In this document: one piece after another, positions 32,791 to 43,102 of the stretch
Numbering within the stretch: position 1 is the first letter of the stretch
Layout: every line of letters begins with the position of its first letter
Source of the DNA: an uncultured archaeon
GTDB taxonomy: Archaea > Thermoproteota > Bathyarchaeia > Bathyarchaeales > Bathycorpusculaceae
Assembly (NCBI GenBank): GCA_963782915.1
Contig: CAWALK010000022.1
Coordinates: 1 to 64,000 of the forward strand
Reading direction: 5' to 3'
DNA length: 64,000 bases
Translations under genes and position numbers: made by a program
Notes under the pieces: model-generated
Seen by the model: the letters and a program-made list of their open reading frames with translations, nothing else
Databases searched by the model: none
What the model was told of the DNA's origin: nothing

Positions 32791-33726
32791 TTGACACAAC
32801 AACCACCAACATACAAAACAGTATTCGTTTTCCTAGACACAGATAAATACTGCAGCCCATTCGACATGCTCGTCGCCATAGACGCATTCCCAGACTCCAT
32901 GATATTCAAATACGAAAACGTCAACAGCGAAGACGCCCCAAAAATCGTTTTCGACCTTCTCTTCCCACGCGGACCAGAAGGCGCAAAACACACCAAAGTC
33001 TTCATCAACGGCAGCAACTTTGAAGAAGTAGAAAAAGTAGTCGCAGCCACCCAAAAAGCCATGAAATCAGCCCCATGGGGAAACAGCATCATCGTTGACC
33101 CAAGAGGCGGATACAGCACAGCCGCAGCCGCAGTCGCCAAAACCTTCGGTGCATCCATGGAAAAAGGCATGGGCATCTTAAAGGGCAAAAAAGTCACTGT
33201 TCTCGCAGGCACTGGCCCAGTCGGTCAAACAGCCGCACGCATCTACGCCAAAGAAGAAGCAGACGTAACCATCAGCAGCCGCAGCTTAGCTAAAGGCCAA
33301 GTAGTCGCAGACAAAATCAACGCTGAATGCGGTGCATCACGCGTTAAAGTTGTTGAAGTATCTAAGCCGGAGCAGACAGCCGCAGCCGTTAAAGATGCAG
33401 AAATCATTTTGGCAGCAGGCGCAGGCGGAATCCAGCTTCTTAGCGCAGCAGACTTAGCTACAGCAACTAAATGCAAAATTGTCGCAGACATTAACGCCAT
33501 TAAACCACTCGGTGTCGAAGGCTTAGGTCCAAACGATGATAAAGAACTTAAACCAGGCGTTTGGGGCATCGGCGCATTAGCCATCGGCAAACTAAAAATT
33601 AAGACCGAGACTGAAATGATTAAACGTGCAACCGCTGAACCATCGGGTCTCTTTGACTACGATATCGCTTATACCATCGCTAAAGACGCAATTTTAAAGA
33701 AACTCGCAAAAGCAGCTGCCAAATAA
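32791..33726 (+). CDS. NAD(P)-dependent methylene-H4MPT/H4F dehydrogenase (MtdA/MtdB-like)
   Basis: DTD...SPFD..VAIDA, FPRGP, DPRGGYSTAAAAV, LAGTGPVG, ADINA..P.GVEG, GIGALAIG.LK. Confidence 0.8.
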   Translation: MTQQPPTYKTVFVFLDTDKYCSPFDMLVAIDAFPDSMIFKYENVNSEDAPKIVFDLLFPRGPEGAKHTKVFINGSNFEEVEKVVAATQKAMKSAPWGNSIIVDPRGGYSTAAAAVAKTFGASMEKGMGILKGKKVTVLAGTGPVGQTAARIYAKEEADVTISSRSLAKGQVVADKINAECGASRVKVVEVSKPEQTAAAVKDAEIILAAGAGGIQLLSAADLATATKCKIVADINAIKPLGVEGLGPNDDKELKPGVWGIGALAIGKLKIKTETEMIKRATAEPSGLFDYDIAYTIAKDAILKKLAKAAAK

Positions 33727-33850
33727 GCAGCTCTTTATCTATTCTTTTCTTTATTATTATTCACTTGTCACAGATAACTAGGTTTATAAGATAATTTGTT
33801 CATTCGCTCCCTCTATCAAAGCATGCCATAGGGAAAGGAAGAGAGAGTAA

Positions 33851-34993
33851 ATGGCTAATCTAACAGTTACATTAGAGCAGACACTGGGTACGAATGCTAT
33901 TACATCAGAAATTTTAGCGTCAATAATTCTGTTCATAATCGTTGCAGCAATTGGCTGGGCGGTTTATTTTGTTTTTAATAGATACTTCTCAAAGTGGGCA
34001 GAGAAAACCACCACTACACTCGACGACGACATCATCGACGCCGTGAAAAGTTTCGTAGTAATCATAGTAACAATTCTAGGTATCGAGTATGCTCTCACGC
34101 CTCTTTCGTTCCTCCAACCATACATGGGCACGTTAAATCAAGTGATCATATCTGCCGAGATACTTCTAATCGCATTCGCAATCACACGAGTTTCAAACAT
34201 CGTCGCTGACTGGTACACAGAGAGAAAAATCCAACCAAGCAAAAACCAGCGCCACATGGTCTTCATAATCAAAAAAATTATACAGATAATCGTTTTCATA
34301 TGCGCCTTCATCGTGATTGTTTGGGCTAACGGCTGGATAAACAATGGCGACCTCTCAAGCTTAGCAGTCACTGCAGGCGCCGGAAGCATCGCCATCGCGT
34401 TCGCGTTACAGAGTACACTCACCGACTTCTTCAGCGCATTTTCAATCTACTTCGACAGACCCTTCGAAATCGGAGACTTCATCGCTGTAGGCAAATACAA
34501 TGGCACCGTAACAAACATCGGAGTAAAATCAACACGACTAAAACTCCAATCAGGCGAAGAACTTGTCCTATCCAATAAAGAACTTAACAGTGCAAGCATC
34601 CAAAACTTCCGCAAACTAGAGAAGAGACGCATAACATTCACCATCGGCGTAGCGTATGAAACGCCATCAGAAAAACTAAAGATAATCCCGCTGATACTAA
34701 GAGGAATCATTGAAAACACAGAGAACGCAGAAATCGAAAGGGTACACTTCACTGAATTCGGCGACTTCGCCTTAAAATTCTTAGTGAGTTACTATGTTAA
34801 GGTACCAGACTACGCTGTCTATCTTGACACTCAGCAAAGCATCAACTTTGCGATAAAAGAGGCGTTTGACCGCGAAGGCATAGAGATGGCGTATCCAACA
34901 AGCACTGTCTATGTTAAAAGAGAAGCCGCCGCAAGAAACTTAGCACCACTGAAAAAAGAAGCCACTGGGCCTCTCCCAAATTTCTCTTCATAA
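33851..34993 (+). CDS. small-conductance mechanosensitive channel (MscS family)
   Basis: AFALQ....FFS...I..DRPFEIGD.I...GTV..IG..STR...GE...SN. Confidence 0.93.
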   Translation: MANLTVTLEQTLGTNAITSEILASIILFIIVAAIGWAVYFVFNRYFSKWAEKTTTTLDDDIIDAVKSFVVIIVTILGIEYALTPLSFLQPYMGTLNQVIISAEILLIAFAITRVSNIVADWYTERKIQPSKNQRHMVFIIKKIIQIIVFICAFIVIVWANGWINNGDLSSLAVTAGAGSIAIAFALQSTLTDFFSAFSIYFDRPFEIGDFIAVGKYNGTVTNIGVKSTRLKLQSGEELVLSNKELNSASIQNFRKLEKRRITFTIGVAYETPSEKLKIIPLILRGIIENTENAEIERVHFTEFGDFALKFLVSYYVKVPDYAVYLDTQQSINFAIKEAFDREGIEMAYPTSTVYVKREAAARNLAPLKKEATGPLPNFSS

Positions 34994-35023
34994 ACTAAAA
35001 GTTGTAGAATAAAAAAGAGAAGC

Positions 35024-36184
35024 TTAGAAGGCTTCTTTGATTCGTCTGCAGGCTTCCGCAATGCGTTCTTTTGGCTGCGTAATCGTTATACGCACATAAC
35101 CTTCACCATGTTTACCGAAGCCAACGCCCGGAGTAACAGCGACACCGACATCCAGCAGCTTTTTGGCAAAAGCCATTGAGTCGCCTTTGCAGTTTACCCA
35201 GATGTAGAAGGTTGCTTTGGGCTTCTCGCATTTGTAGCCGATTTTGCATAAGGTATCGACGAGCAGGTCGCGGCGTTCCTGTAGAATCAGATTGTTTTTC
35301 TTGAGGAATTCTGGCGCTTCAGGACCCTTATAGCTGCCTAAAGCTTTCACTGCGACACGTTGCGTGTAGACTGGTGGGCCTGAGTCGATTTGTGATTTGA
35401 CTTTGGTTAAGCCTGCGACTAGTTGCTTGTTGCCGACTGCGTAACCGATGCGGTCGCCAGTCATGTTAAACGTCTTGGACAATGAATGGAATTCGATTGC
35501 GACATCCATTGCGCCGTCGATTTGCAGAATGCTTGGTGCACGGTAGCCGTCGTAGGTGACTTCTGAGTAGGCGTTGTCGTAGCAGAGGATGATGTTGTTG
35601 TCTTTGGCGAATTCCACTGCTTCTTTGAGGCATTTGAGGTCGACGGTTGCTGCGGTGGGGTTGTTGGGGTAGTTAATGTACATCATTTTTACGCCTTTGG
35701 CATCGACTGATTCAAAGTCTGGGCGGAAACCGTTCTCTGCCAGTAAAGGCAGGGGCACGGTTACACCGTCACAGAGTATGGTGGCGCCATTAGCGTAAAC
35801 TGGGTAAGCTGGATCCGGACAGAGCACATGGTCGCCTGGGTTAACGAAGGCCCGTGCAATGTTTGCTAAACCCTCTTTAGAACCCAACATCGCAACGACT
35901 TGGTCGTGTGCTATGTCAACGTTAAAGCGTTTCTTGTACCAACCCGAAACGGCTTCGCGGAAGTCAGGTTCACCCTGACTAAAAGAGTAATTATGGTTTT
36001 TGAGGTCAGCTGTTTCCTGCTTAAGCGCATCCACGACGAATTGCGGAGGCGGCAAATCAGGGTCGCCAATACTCAAAGAGATTAAATCGACTCCTTGGGC
36101 TTTCTTTTCGTTTTGGATTTTTTCCATTTCAGCAAATAAGTACGGTGGTAACCGCTTGATTCTGTCAGCAAACTCAAACGTCAA
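35024..36184 (-). CDS. dapL: LL-diaminopimelate aminotransferase
   Basis: LPPYLFAE, GSKEG, YPNNPT, DNAYSE, SLSKTFNMTGDRIG; located in the dap/lys operon. Confidence 0.9.
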   Translation of the reverse strand: MTFEFADRIKRLPPYLFAEMEKIQNEKKAQGVDLISLSIGDPDLPPPQFVVDALKQETADLKNHNYSFSQGEPDFREAVSGWYKKRFNVDIAHDQVVAMLGSKEGLANIARAFVNPGDHVLCPDPAYPVYANGATILCDGVTVPLPLLAENGFRPDFESVDAKGVKMMYINYPNNPTAATVDLKCLKEAVEFAKDNNIILCYDNAYSEVTYDGYRAPSILQIDGAMDVAIEFHSLSKTFNMTGDRIGYAVGNKQLVAGLTKVKSQIDSGPPVYTQRVAVKALGSYKGPEAPEFLKKNNLILQERRDLLVDTLCKIGYKCEKPKATFYIWVNCKGDSMAFAKKLLDVGVAVTPGVGFGKHGEGYVRITITQPKERIAEACRRIKEAF

Positions 36185-36189
36185 ATTCT

Positions 36190-37026
36190 CTATATCTCCT
36201 TGAATAGTGTGCCTTCGAAAACTTTCTCCGCTGCTCCGCTTAGAAACAGTGTATCTGAAACTTCGACTTGAAGGTCTCCGCCCAGTACATGAACGGTGAC
36301 TTTGTTGCCGACTTTGCCCAGTTTATTGGCTGCTGCTACTGCTGCGCAGGTTCCTGTTCCGCAAGCGAGGGTTTCTCCGCATCCGCGTTCCCAAACCCGC
36401 ACCTTCAACTCGTTTTTGCCAAGGACTTGGACGAAGCCAACGTTGGTTCTTCTTGGGAAAGCCTTGTCGGTTTCGATGCAGGGTCCTACATAGTCAACGG
36501 GGAATTCATCTACGTTTTCAACGAATGTTACGCAGTGGGGGTTGCCCATGGATAGGCAGGTTACTTTGTAGGGTTCGCCATCGACGAGTATTGTGTCGTT
36601 TATGGCGGTGCCTTCGCCGACCATTGGAAGCGCTGACCGCTCCCACTTTGGCGCACCCATGTCAACACGGACAGAAGCAACTTCGTCGCCCTTGAGGGTT
36701 AACCAGATATGCTTGATGCCTGCTAAGGTTTCAACTGAAAACTCAGTTTTCTTAACGATGCCGTTTTCATAGCAGTATTTGCTGAAGCATCGAATGCCGT
36801 TGCCGCACATTTCTGCTTCGCTGCCATCTGAGTTGAAAATGCGCATCTTCACATCGGCAACTTTGGATGGGTAAACAATTAGGAGCCCATCTGCGCCGAT
36901 TGAGAAGCGTCTTTCACATAGCTGCTTAGCTATTGGGTTTACTTTGTCTTCGGTTATTTTTTGGTCTCGGTTATCGATGACAACGTAGTCGTTGCCAAGT
37001 CCATGCATCTTCCAGAATTGCATCAA
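36190..37026 (-). CDS. dapF: diaminopimelate epimerase
   Basis: KMHGLGND, EMCGNGIRC, MGNPH, ERGCGETLACGTG. Confidence 0.96.
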   Translation of the reverse strand: MMQFWKMHGLGNDYVVIDNRDQKITEDKVNPIAKQLCERRFSIGADGLLIVYPSKVADVKMRIFNSDGSEAEMCGNGIRCFSKYCYENGIVKKTEFSVETLAGIKHIWLTLKGDEVASVRVDMGAPKWERSALPMVGEGTAINDTILVDGEPYKVTCLSMGNPHCVTFVENVDEFPVDYVGPCIETDKAFPRRTNVGFVQVLGKNELKVRVWERGCGETLACGTGTCAAVAAANKLGKVGNKVTVHVLGGDLQVEVSDTLFLSGAAEKVFEGTLFKEI

Positions 37027-38312
37027 ACTTCACTCTGCACTTTCTGATTTGCCATCAAATCTTTTAGCTGTTCACGCTCTCGGACAATAACTGCCTTGCC
37101 GCCTTTAATCATAACTTCGGCTGCGCGTGGGCGTGAATTGTATTGTGAACTCATGCTAAAACCATAGGCGCCTGCGTTTAGAATCGCCAGTACATCGCCT
37201 TCGTCTGCTAAGGGTAGTTCTCTGTCTTTTGCTAAGAGGTCGCCTGATTCGCAGATGGGACCAGCTACATCGAAGGTTTCTTTTTCTGTTGAGTCTAGCT
37301 TGTTAGCGACGAGGATTGGGTGGTAGCTGCCATACATTGTGGGGCGTATGAGTGTGTTGAAGCCTGCGTCTACGCCGAGGTATTTGTGGGCTGGAGTAAT
37401 CTTGACAGTGTTCACTGTGGTTAAGAGGATTGTTGAGTCGCATACGAGGTATCTGCCGGGTTCAACGAATAAGTATGGTTTGCCCAGTCCGTATTCCTTG
37501 ATTTTATTCTTGAATAAATTAACGACTTTGTTTGAGAACTCTGTTAAGTCAAGTTCTTTGTCTTCCGGCTTGTATGGGACACCCAGTCCGCCGCCGATGT
37601 CGATGAATTCGAAGTCAATGCCTACTTCCTTGTGGACGCGCTTGGCTATGCTGAGTAGTTTCTCAACTGCCAGCATGTAGGGTTCTGCATCAAGGATGCC
37701 TGATCCGATGTGCATGTGGATGCCGAAGCGTCCTACACGGGCTCTTTGGGCAATAGCGTATGCTTGGATAACCTCTTCTTCCCAAAGTCCAAACTTGGAT
37801 TCGGGACCTGCGGTAATACAGTGGCTGTGATGACCTGCGCCTACTTCGGGGTTAACACGAATTGACAGAATCTGTGGCACTGATATCTTTAGTAGCCGGT
37901 CCATTTCAGATTGGGAATCAACGTTTATGGTGACGTTGGCGTCGGAGAGCATCTTTAATTCGTCATTTCGCACGCTTGTGCCAGTGAACATGATGCGGTC
38001 TGGTGTATAGCCGCTGCTTAATGCCAAGAAGACCTCACCGGGGCTAACACAATCAAGGTACGAGCCCTGAGACTGTAATATACGCAGAACGTTGAGGTTT
38101 GTGTTTGCTTTAGCGGCATAGTAGATGCGCACATACTTGTAATTGTTGACTAATGCACCGTATAATCGGTCGTAGTTATCTCTGATACGCTTCTCGCTAA
38201 TCAAATACAGTGGAGTATCGTACTTCTGTGCTAATTCCGTAACCGAGAAACCATCAAAGTAGAGGTTCCCCTTTCGGTCTTCTAGTGGTTCACGTAGTTT
38301 TTTCTTTACCAT
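37023..38312 (-). CDS. lysA: diaminopimelate decarboxylase
   Basis: YAAKAN, SKFG, HMHIGS, DIGGG, EPGR, GPICESGD, GAYG, YNSRP. Confidence 0.96.
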   Translation of the reverse strand: MVKKKLREPLEDRKGNLYFDGFSVTELAQKYDTPLYLISEKRIRDNYDRLYGALVNNYKYVRIYYAAKANTNLNVLRILQSQGSYLDCVSPGEVFLALSSGYTPDRIMFTGTSVRNDELKMLSDANVTINVDSQSEMDRLLKISVPQILSIRVNPEVGAGHHSHCITAGPESKFGLWEEEVIQAYAIAQRARVGRFGIHMHIGSGILDAEPYMLAVEKLLSIAKRVHKEVGIDFEFIDIGGGLGVPYKPEDKELDLTEFSNKVVNLFKNKIKEYGLGKPYLFVEPGRYLVCDSTILLTTVNTVKITPAHKYLGVDAGFNTLIRPTMYGSYHPILVANKLDSTEKETFDVAGPICESGDLLAKDRELPLADEGDVLAILNAGAYGFSMSSQYNSRPRAAEVMIKGGKAVIVREREQLKDLMANQKVQSEV

Positions 38313-38352
38313 GCCGCTTCACACATCCAGTTAGTATTGTTAGGGTGGCTGT

Positions 38353-39411
38353 TTAAGCTAAGCCTTTAGCTACATACAGCTCTGCGCTGAGTATGCCGCC
38401 GCCTGCTGCGCCCCTGACAGTGTTGTGACTCAAACACATGTACTTTAACGTCATGATTGGGTCTTTGCGAAGTCTACCAACAACAACGCTCTGTCCGCAT
38501 CCTGCATCTCGATCAAATCGTGGTTGAGGCCGGTTCTTTTCGTGTCTAACAATTATCGGTTGCGTTGGAGCTGAGGGTAACTTGAGTTTCTGTGGTTCAC
38601 CTTGGAAGTTTGTGAATGCTGCCTCAACTTCTTCGAGTGTGGGTTCCTTTTCGAGTTTAACGAATACGGATTCGAGGTGACCGTCTTTGACGTTGACTCG
38701 GTTGCAGCTGGCAGTGGTCTTGAAATCGGCAAACTTTATGCCTTTACCGTCGAATTGACCTAGGATTTTGTTGGCTTCGGTTTCCATTTTATCTTCTTCA
38801 CCTGAAATAAAGGGAACAACGTTATCGATGATATCCAGTGAAGGAACTCCGGGGTAACCTGCACCGCTAAGCGCCTGCATGGTGGTTACCATGACTTGCT
38901 TTATGCCGTATTGCATAAGCGGAGCTAAGGTGATGGCTAAGCCGATGGTGCTGCAGTTAGGGTCTGTTGTGATGAAGCCTTTCCAGCCGCGTTGCTTCTG
39001 TTGAATCTTGACAAGTTCGATGTGGCTAGAATTGATTTCTGGAATGATAAGAGGCACATCTTTGTCCATGCGGTGTGCACTTGCCTTGCTAAAGACCGGA
39101 TACTTTGCGCCGAATTCATTTTCAGTTGGACCCGCCAAATCGCCTGGCAGTGAAGTGAATACTAAGTCGAAGTCGCCTGTTGCTTCGCATGATTTAACGT
39201 CTATGTTGGCGACTGGCATCTCCGCGATTTCTTTAGGCAGGTCAGTCTCCAAAACCCAGGTGGCTGCGTCCTTGAATTTTTTCCCTGCACTCCGCTCTGA
39301 AGCGGCTAGCACTGATATCTCAAACCAGGGGTGTCCCTGTAAGAGTTGAATGTACCGTTGTCCAACGGCTCCGGTTGCACCTAATATGGCGACTTTTCGC
39401 TTATTCGGCAT
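38353..39411 (-). CDS. asd: aspartate-semialdehyde dehydrogenase (archaeal type)
   Basis: GATGAVGQ, PNCS, QALSGAG, HNTVRGAAG. Confidence 0.95.
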   Translation of the reverse strand: MPNKRKVAILGATGAVGQRYIQLLQGHPWFEISVLAASERSAGKKFKDAATWVLETDLPKEIAEMPVANIDVKSCEATGDFDLVFTSLPGDLAGPTENEFGAKYPVFSKASAHRMDKDVPLIIPEINSSHIELVKIQQKQRGWKGFITTDPNCSTIGLAITLAPLMQYGIKQVMVTTMQALSGAGYPGVPSLDIIDNVVPFISGEEDKMETEANKILGQFDGKGIKFADFKTTASCNRVNVKDGHLESVFVKLEKEPTLEEVEAAFTNFQGEPQKLKLPSAPTQPIIVRHEKNRPQPRFDRDAGCGQSVVVGRLRKDPIMTLKYMCLSHNTVRGAAGGGILSAELYVAKGLA

Positions 39412-39481
39412 TTTTACTTCTTCCTCTGACTGTTCTTTTTATATTGTTCTTGATAAAAAAGTTAACGGGTGAAAAATGGGG

Positions 39482-40273
39482 TTAAGTTAATCCCAATACG
39501 TCAGCCATCGTGTAGATTTTGGGCTCGTTTTGCTTGGTAATCCATTCTGCAGCCAAGACTGCGCCTTGAGCGAAGACATTGCGTGTGAACGCTGTGTGTT
39601 CGATGCGTAGCATTTCATTGGGACCTGCGACGATAATGTCATGGATTCCAGGGACTCCGCCTAATCTAAGGGCAACTGATTCAAGTTCACCTGATTGACG
39701 TGGGCTTATACCTTCTCGTCCATAAACTGTCTTGTTGTAATTGCGTGCTTGGGAGACGATTTCTTCTATTTTTTTGGCGGTTCCGCTTGGAGCGTCTTTT
39801 TTGCCCGTGTGGTGGATTTCGCTTATACTTACATCGTAGCTTGCTGGGAAGGCTTTGAGTTGCTCGGCTAATTTGAAGAGTATGTTGACGCCTATGCTGT
39901 AGTTTGGTGAGAACACAGATGGTACTTTGCCACGCATTGCGGTGGATACTTGTCGGTGCTGTTCCGGAGTGAAGCCCGTTGTGCCCAGTATGATGCGTTT
40001 CCCCATTTCTGCAACTATAGGTACGTTGACTAAGTCTGCGACGGGAGCAGTGAAAGAGATGAATACATCGGAGGATGCTACTGCTAAGCCAATGTCATTG
40101 GCACCGAGGATTTTGGTATCCGAGTTCATGCCTATGTCACGCAAGGTTTTGCCTACTGCGGGGCTGCTCGGGGCTTCTATAGCACCACTGATAAGGTGAC
40201 CTTTAGAGAGGGCATCGTTTATGATGGCTTGGCCCATACGACCGGCTGCACCTGAGATGCAGAGCTTAAGCAT
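39482..40273 (-). CDS. dapB: 4-hydroxy-tetrahydrodipicolinate reductase
   Basis: GAAGRMG, GTTG, PNYSIGVN, EIHHTGKKDAPSGTA. Confidence 0.95.
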   Translation of the reverse strand: MLKLCISGAAGRMGQAIINDALSKGHLISGAIEAPSSPAVGKTLRDIGMNSDTKILGANDIGLAVASSDVFISFTAPVADLVNVPIVAEMGKRIILGTTGFTPEQHRQVSTAMRGKVPSVFSPNYSIGVNILFKLAEQLKAFPASYDVSISEIHHTGKKDAPSGTAKKIEEIVSQARNYNKTVYGREGISPRQSGELESVALRLGGVPGIHDIIVAGPNEMLRIEHTAFTRNVFAQGAVLAAEWITKQNEPKIYTMADVLGLT

Positions 40274-41303
40274 AGTAGAGTCCCTCAAGGTACTTCTCGT
40301 TGTATAGACGGTCGGATAGTTTGACGTCGAAGGTGTCTTCGATGGGTTTTAGGATTTGTGGGTTGGATTCCCAGATTTTGCGTGCGTTGGCTAAGACGAT
40401 TTCGATGCCGTTGCGGGTCATTTTGCCCAGTGGCTGGCGGCAGGGTCCTGAAGGCATACCCAAGATGTTCATCAGGGTTTTTACTGCCAATGGATTACGC
40501 GCCTTACATGCAACTGGCCCATATGGCGTCTGCTCCTGAGTCTTAACGGTGACTATACTAAAGAGCGGTTGAAGTGCTTGTGAAATTACGTTTGCTGCTT
40601 CCTCATTTCCGTCAAGGACATAGTGTACCATATCGACAAGCGCGCCTGGGGCAACGTTCGAGATAACTGAAATCACGCCGCTTGCGCCGATGTCAGGCGA
40701 AATCATCATAGTGAAAGTCTTGTCGTCGTCTCCTGAGAGGATGTCGAAGTCTTCTCCGCAAAGCTGCCTTGTCAACTCCATGTTTTTGAGGTCACCTGTT
40801 GCTTCCTTCACGCAGCGAACGTTTGGGTATTGTGCGTGTAGGGCGGCGAGGTCTTGTGGGAGAAGTTGTGTGCCTGTTCTGCCGGGGATGATGTATGGTA
40901 TGATTTGTACTTCCGGGAACTGTTGTGCGATGGGTTCGATGTATTCGCGCCTTATTTCAAGTGAGCTTGGCCCATTATAGTATGGGTCAACGAGCAGCAC
41001 GGTGTTTACGCCTGCACTTTGGGCATGGGCGGTGCCTTCGATAGCTTCCTGTGTGCTATTGCTTCCGGTGCCAGCGATGGTTTGGCATCGTTTGCTTGTG
41101 AATTCATGGATTTTTTCTATTACTTTGCTGTGTTCATTCCAGTCTAGCGTGGGGCTTTCGCCTGTTGTTCCGACGGCTAGTAAGCCTTTGGTTCCGGCTT
41201 CTATTTGGAAATCTACTAGTTGTTGTATTCCTTCGTAATCGACTTGGCGATTACTGTTCATGGGGGTTATTAATGCAGTATAACAACCGCTGAATGTTAC
41301 CAA
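40266..41303 (-). CDS. dapA: 4-hydroxy-tetrahydrodipicolinate synthase
   Basis: TALITP, GTTGES, GTGSNST, PYYN, PGRTG, VKEATG, LSGDD. Confidence 0.95.
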   Translation of the reverse strand: MVTFSGCYTALITPMNSNRQVDYEGIQQLVDFQIEAGTKGLLAVGTTGESPTLDWNEHSKVIEKIHEFTSKRCQTIAGTGSNSTQEAIEGTAHAQSAGVNTVLLVDPYYNGPSSLEIRREYIEPIAQQFPEVQIIPYIIPGRTGTQLLPQDLAALHAQYPNVRCVKEATGDLKNMELTRQLCGEDFDILSGDDDKTFTMMISPDIGASGVISVISNVAPGALVDMVHYVLDGNEEAANVISQALQPLFSIVTVKTQEQTPYGPVACKARNPLAVKTLMNILGMPSGPCRQPLGKMTRNGIEIVLANARKIWESNPQILKPIEDTFDVKLSDRLYNEKYLEGLYYA

Positions 41304-41453
41304 TTCGGATTCCTCTTTTTAGACGCATAACAGTGCACTAGATAATATTTAAGTTTTACGTTTATCATTTTATTTTTACGAAAAACGTAACAAATACTTG
41401 ATGAAAGCAAAAATCTGCTCCTTTGGAAAACAGTTTCCGCAAAACAAGCGCCC

Positions 41454-41774
41454 TCAACATGTAACCGTATAAGCGGTAAAAATCCCATCGCAGTCGCCAT
41501 AGATCCGCCGCAGATAAGCCAAGGCATCATCAACACTTTGCGCCGAAGGAATAACCTGTCTAAAATTGTCCTCTCGAATCACTTCTGTTAACCGCCCGGA
41601 TCGAGTGCCGGTAATCCGCATCGCCAATCTATAGGGACCGCAGACAAAAAGGGCATTACCACCACATTTGGGATTGCCTTTCCTGACGTCGATTGTTTTT
41701 TTGCCCTGTTTTAACCATTCGAAGACTTCTCTTTTCGCCAGAAACGACGGCAAACTTTGTACCCTAAATGGCAT
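41454..41774 (-). CDS. ASCH/PUA-domain protein
   Basis: FEWLKQGKKTIDVR (GxKxxExR-like), ...VIP...DDAL.YLRRIY. Confidence 0.75.
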   Translation of the reverse strand: MPFRVQSLPSFLAKREVFEWLKQGKKTIDVRKGNPKCGGNALFVCGPYRLAMRITGTRSGRLTEVIREDNFRQVIPSAQSVDDALAYLRRIYGDCDGIFTAYTVTC

Positions 41775-41864
41775 GTAACCTAGCTAGAAGATAAGCATTA
41801 AGTTAAAAATCGAATAAAAACAAAAAATGAAAAGGAATGATGATGTCCAAAAAAAGCTTCTGGT

Positions 41865-42062
41865 TTATCCTTTGCCTTTTTCTTCTTTACCGAAGTACTG
41901 AGTCCACTTTAGCTTGCGTGCATCACGTTTGAACTGTAAGCTGCTCTTCTTGCATTTGCTGGAATCGAACCATAGGATTGAGCCGTCGTTTTTAACGTAC
42001 ATCATGCCTGTGCCAGCTGGGAAATCAGCACCACAGAACGAACATTTTCTCGGTTTTGGCAT
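41865..42062 (-). CDS. rpl24e: 50S ribosomal protein L24e
   Basis: CSFCG...GTGMMYVKNDG...F.SSKC. Confidence 0.96.
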   Translation of the reverse strand: MPKPRKCSFCGADFPAGTGMMYVKNDGSILWFDSSKCKKSSLQFKRDARKLKWTQYFGKEEKGKG

Positions 42063-42082
42063 GACAAATTCTCCATGTAGAT

Positions 42083-42301
42083 TTATCGTGTAATTTTCTT
42101 TGCTTCTCGTTCAGTTTCTCGCAGCATCAGGATATCTTGAACACGGACGGGTCCTTTAACGTTGCGTGTAATGATTCTTCCCTTGTCTTTGCCTTCCATG
42201 ATACGGACGCGGACCTGTGTGATTTCGCCCGTTACGCCTGTGCGGCCGATGATTTGTATGACTTCAGCGGGAACTAATTCTTCAGCTGCTTCTTTACTCA
42301 T
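42083..42301 (-). CDS. rps28e: 30S ribosomal protein S28e
   Basis: [17 protein letters not shown]...[18 protein letters not shown]. Confidence 0.96.
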   Translation of the reverse strand: MSKEAAEELVPAEVIQIIGRTGVTGEITQVRVRIMEGKDKGRIITRNVKGPVRVQDILMLRETEREAKKITR

Positions 42302-42684
42302 TACTGAGTTCCTCGTTTAACCTGATCGATTCGTGTCACGATTTCTTTGATTAAGCCTGCTGCTTCGCCTTCTCTCATGATGACAGCAGCTGCACATGGA
42401 ACTTCGATGCCGATGGATTTGCCGAGTTGTTCTTTGCTTGGGACAAAGACGTATGGAATCTTTCTTTCGTCGCATAGCAGTGGTAAGTGTGCAATGACTT
42501 CCGGTGGGTCAACATCTTCAGCGATGACGACAAGTTTAGCTTGTGAACGTTCTACAGCTTTTGTAGCTTCGTTTGTTCCTTTCCTAACTGATCCTGATTT
42601 TGAAGCAATCGTTAGGGCTTCATAGGCTGCATCTACGAGTTCTTTAGGTACTTCATATTTTACATAGAATGGTTTTGATGACAT
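42301..42684 (-). CDS. rpl7ae: 50S ribosomal protein L7Ae
   Basis: [32 protein letters not shown]. Confidence 0.96.
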   Translation of the reverse strand: MSSKPFYVKYEVPKELVDAAYEALTIASKSGSVRKGTNEATKAVERSQAKLVVIAEDVDPPEVIAHLPLLCDERKIPYVFVPSKEQLGKSIGIEVPCAAAVIMREGEAAGLIKEIVTRIDQVKRGTQ

Positions 42685-42847
42685 ATTTCTTAGCCTCACC
42701 CTTTTAAGGCACAGTCTTATCCAGTAATCTTGTTTAATAAGTTTTCGACTCAAAACCGCACACTTGTAGCGCCGCCTTATATACCACCCAGAAACCTTTA
42801 AATTCCAAGCTACGGCTACGTACATGTTTTCGAGAGGGGAAAATCGT

Positions 42848-43102
42848 TTGCAAAGATTGGGCAAAATAACAAATGTATCTCCTTCAGGAAACGCTATAGT
42901 TAAAGCTGAAAATCCCCCGAAAATCGGATCCGAAGTTGTCGATGAGAACCTAAATGTTATCGGTAAAGTTTTCGATATTATAGGCCCAGTCTCAGCACCT
43001 TATGCAGTAATCAAACCCAGCGTTAGGGAACCCGAGAAATTAGTTAACAAACCAGTATATCTGCTCCTCCCGAAAACAAAACGGGAGCAGAGAAGACAAT
43101 GA
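42848..43102 (+). CDS. gar1: H/ACA RNP component Gar1/Naf1
   Basis: PKIG..V.D.....IGKV.DI.GPV..PY; conserved position upstream of tfb. Confidence 0.9.
   Translation: MQRLGKITNVSPSGNAIVKAENPPKIGSEVVDENLNVIGKVFDIIGPVSAPYAVIKPSVREPEKLVNKPVYLLLPKTKREQRRQ

Noticed and set aside
41836-41864. ATGATGA as a possible C/D-box sRNA
   Set aside because: No properly spaced CTGA D box or terminal stem
41775-41864. Absence of ndk/infB after rpl24e
   Set aside because: A simple synteny break, common among archaea
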